Shown here piece after piece: positions 62,283 to 64,000 of a stretch of DNA of 64,000 bases (positions are counted from its first letter, which is position 1; each line of letters starts with the position of its first letter). A program made the position numbers and the translations under genes. The DNA is from Eledone cirrhosa. Lineage: Eukaryota. The notes beneath the pieces were generated by a model. It ran no database searches, was not told where the DNA came from, and saw only the letters and a program-made list of their open reading frames with translations. The stretch is taken from positions 100,564,001 through 100,628,000 of the forward strand of contig OZ024741.1 of assembly GCA_964016885.1 (NCBI GenBank). Direction: 5' to 3'.

Positions 62283-63447
62283 ATGTTGATTTCTTTGTAC
62301 TTTGTTTTTGTTTTTCTAATAGAATCATGCCCCTCCCCCTTTTTAAATGGAGGAGGGGCAAGGGAGGGAAGATGTCTGGTTTCCAGTTCTCAAAGACCGT
62401 TGGGAGAGAGGATGGTATCCTTATACCCAAAAAGTAACCATAGTACTTGCAACAGAGTGGATTCTTCTAAAGTCACCCAAGGATCATGCATACATTCCCT
62501 CATGCACTGCAAGCAGTGCATTGAGCCAGTGCTTATCCCGGTTTCAAGGATCAAGTGGTGATGTTATACTTGGAAAAATTAAATCTAACGCCCTTATTGA
62601 CATGGGAGAGCGTCTATTGCAGTGGTGGGAAATCTTATATCAGGGATAAATTGCAAATGTATAAGATTTCTTGAGATGTAGGATGAGATGGGGGAAGGGG
62701 CTGAAAAAAATGAATTTTTAATTTTTTAAATTTTACAATGTATGCAATTTTCAGAGACATGATCAGTGGGCATTTTCAAATTTTAATGTGAGTGAATAGT
62801 TCCCAGGTCCTTCCCAATGCTGATTGACCTGCTAGAAATAGTAGTTAAATTTCCTTTATGTCACATCATGCCATCTTGAAAAAGAGAGTAAGACACATTG
62901 GATAATGTAGTTTTAGGTATACCATACCTGAAAAAGAAGACAAGTTGGTCACAGCTGGCATGTCTTTGATTTTTTTTTCTGCTCAGGTAGGCTGTGGACT
63001 AAATTATAAAACAATTACAGTGACCTTCTTTTTTTTTTTTTTCTATATTTTTCCCTCTTATATTTCAATATTTCAATTGTGATGAGAAAGTAGTCATGTG
63101 TACAACCCCATTTAAACCTTAACCCATGCTAGCATCGAAGATGGATGTTAAACGATGATGATGATGATGATTGAATTTATGAGATTTTGATATTATTTAC
63201 TTTGAGAACAATATCTTAACATAAGTATGAGTGGTCTGTTACAGCTGGTTTGAACAGAAAGAGGTGAGAGAATTCTGGCCAGATACGGCCAGTTTAAATG
63301 CTAACATGTCCATCTATATAATGGGGTCAATTGAATAAACCATGCCTACTCCTGTTTCTATTTAGTGAAATATAAATTATTAAACAAATACTGAACATAA
63401 AATCATCATCATCATCATCTTCGTTTAACGTCCATTTTCCACGCTAT

Positions 63448-63694
63448 TATAATAATAATAATGAAATTATTGTGTACAGTGCTCAGGTGCACTACAACTC
63501 ATCAAAGGTGCATTTATAGTACATAGAATAATGTTCAAATGTCAGGAAAATAAACAGTGTATGAGTCATGAAATGCATGTGTGCGCGTGTATGGAGGGGG
63601 GGGGGGCATCAGGTGCAGTGTTGGTGAATCTCAGGAAGCATAGAGGTTTTAAAGGATGCAGTGTCTCGACAGCTAACAACTGATGCAGGTAGTA
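63448..63694 (-). mobile_element. 3' fragment of the CR1-group LINE
   Basis: (AAT)n tail and 3' UTR homologous to 33085-33320. Confidence 0.88.
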
Positions 63695-64000
63695 ATGTTC
63701 ATTAAAACTTGACTATACCAGCTGTCTGCTCTACCTATGGGATACATTTAAACTATTCACTAGAGCTTAGCACATTTCTTGTCTAGCGAGGAGGGTAGGG
63801 GGAGAGTATTTAGTGCACATGATGATATTAATAAGATTATATTTTTTCCAACTATTAACCTCATATTTCAATGTATATTTACTATATTCATATTTATGCT
63901 ATGTTTTTATGAGTTTAATCTTGTCATCATAATCAGCATCATATGTCATATGTCTGGATATATACATAGCTACTTCCAATGTGGACTGGGATTAGGAAGC

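Overview
AT-rich, microsatellite-dense animal genomic DNA. The SINE/LINE families are characteristic of an octopod cephalopod (inference). The only host gene evidence is three + strand coding exons (58500-58671, 59780-59925, 61582-61866). They splice in frame into Ig1-Ig2 of a DCC/Neogenin/Frazzled netrin receptor, and the third appears to end at a GC donor. No signal-peptide exon was found, so the upstream 58 kb may be a large first intron or 5' intergenic DNA. That region holds an intact 1079-aa RTE-clade LINE with a PHD-like finger, a truncated Penelope-like element (GIY-YIG) with an inverted pLTR, a truncated CR1-group LINE, two non-autonomous Helitrons, piggyBac- and Tc1-type MITEs, several SINE families and large minisatellites. 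The most unusual signal is a set of hammerhead ribozyme (HHR) motifs: minimal type I HHRs in the Penelope pLTRs, a ~165-bp HHR-core element in three copies, and three unrelated ~100-140 bp palindromes whose symmetry axis lies inside or beside an HHR. There is also a 748-bp non-coding element with identical 132-bp terminal direct repeats inserted in (TA)n. Most ORFs in the supplied track are simple-repeat artefacts. Repeat boundaries were read by eye and are approximate.
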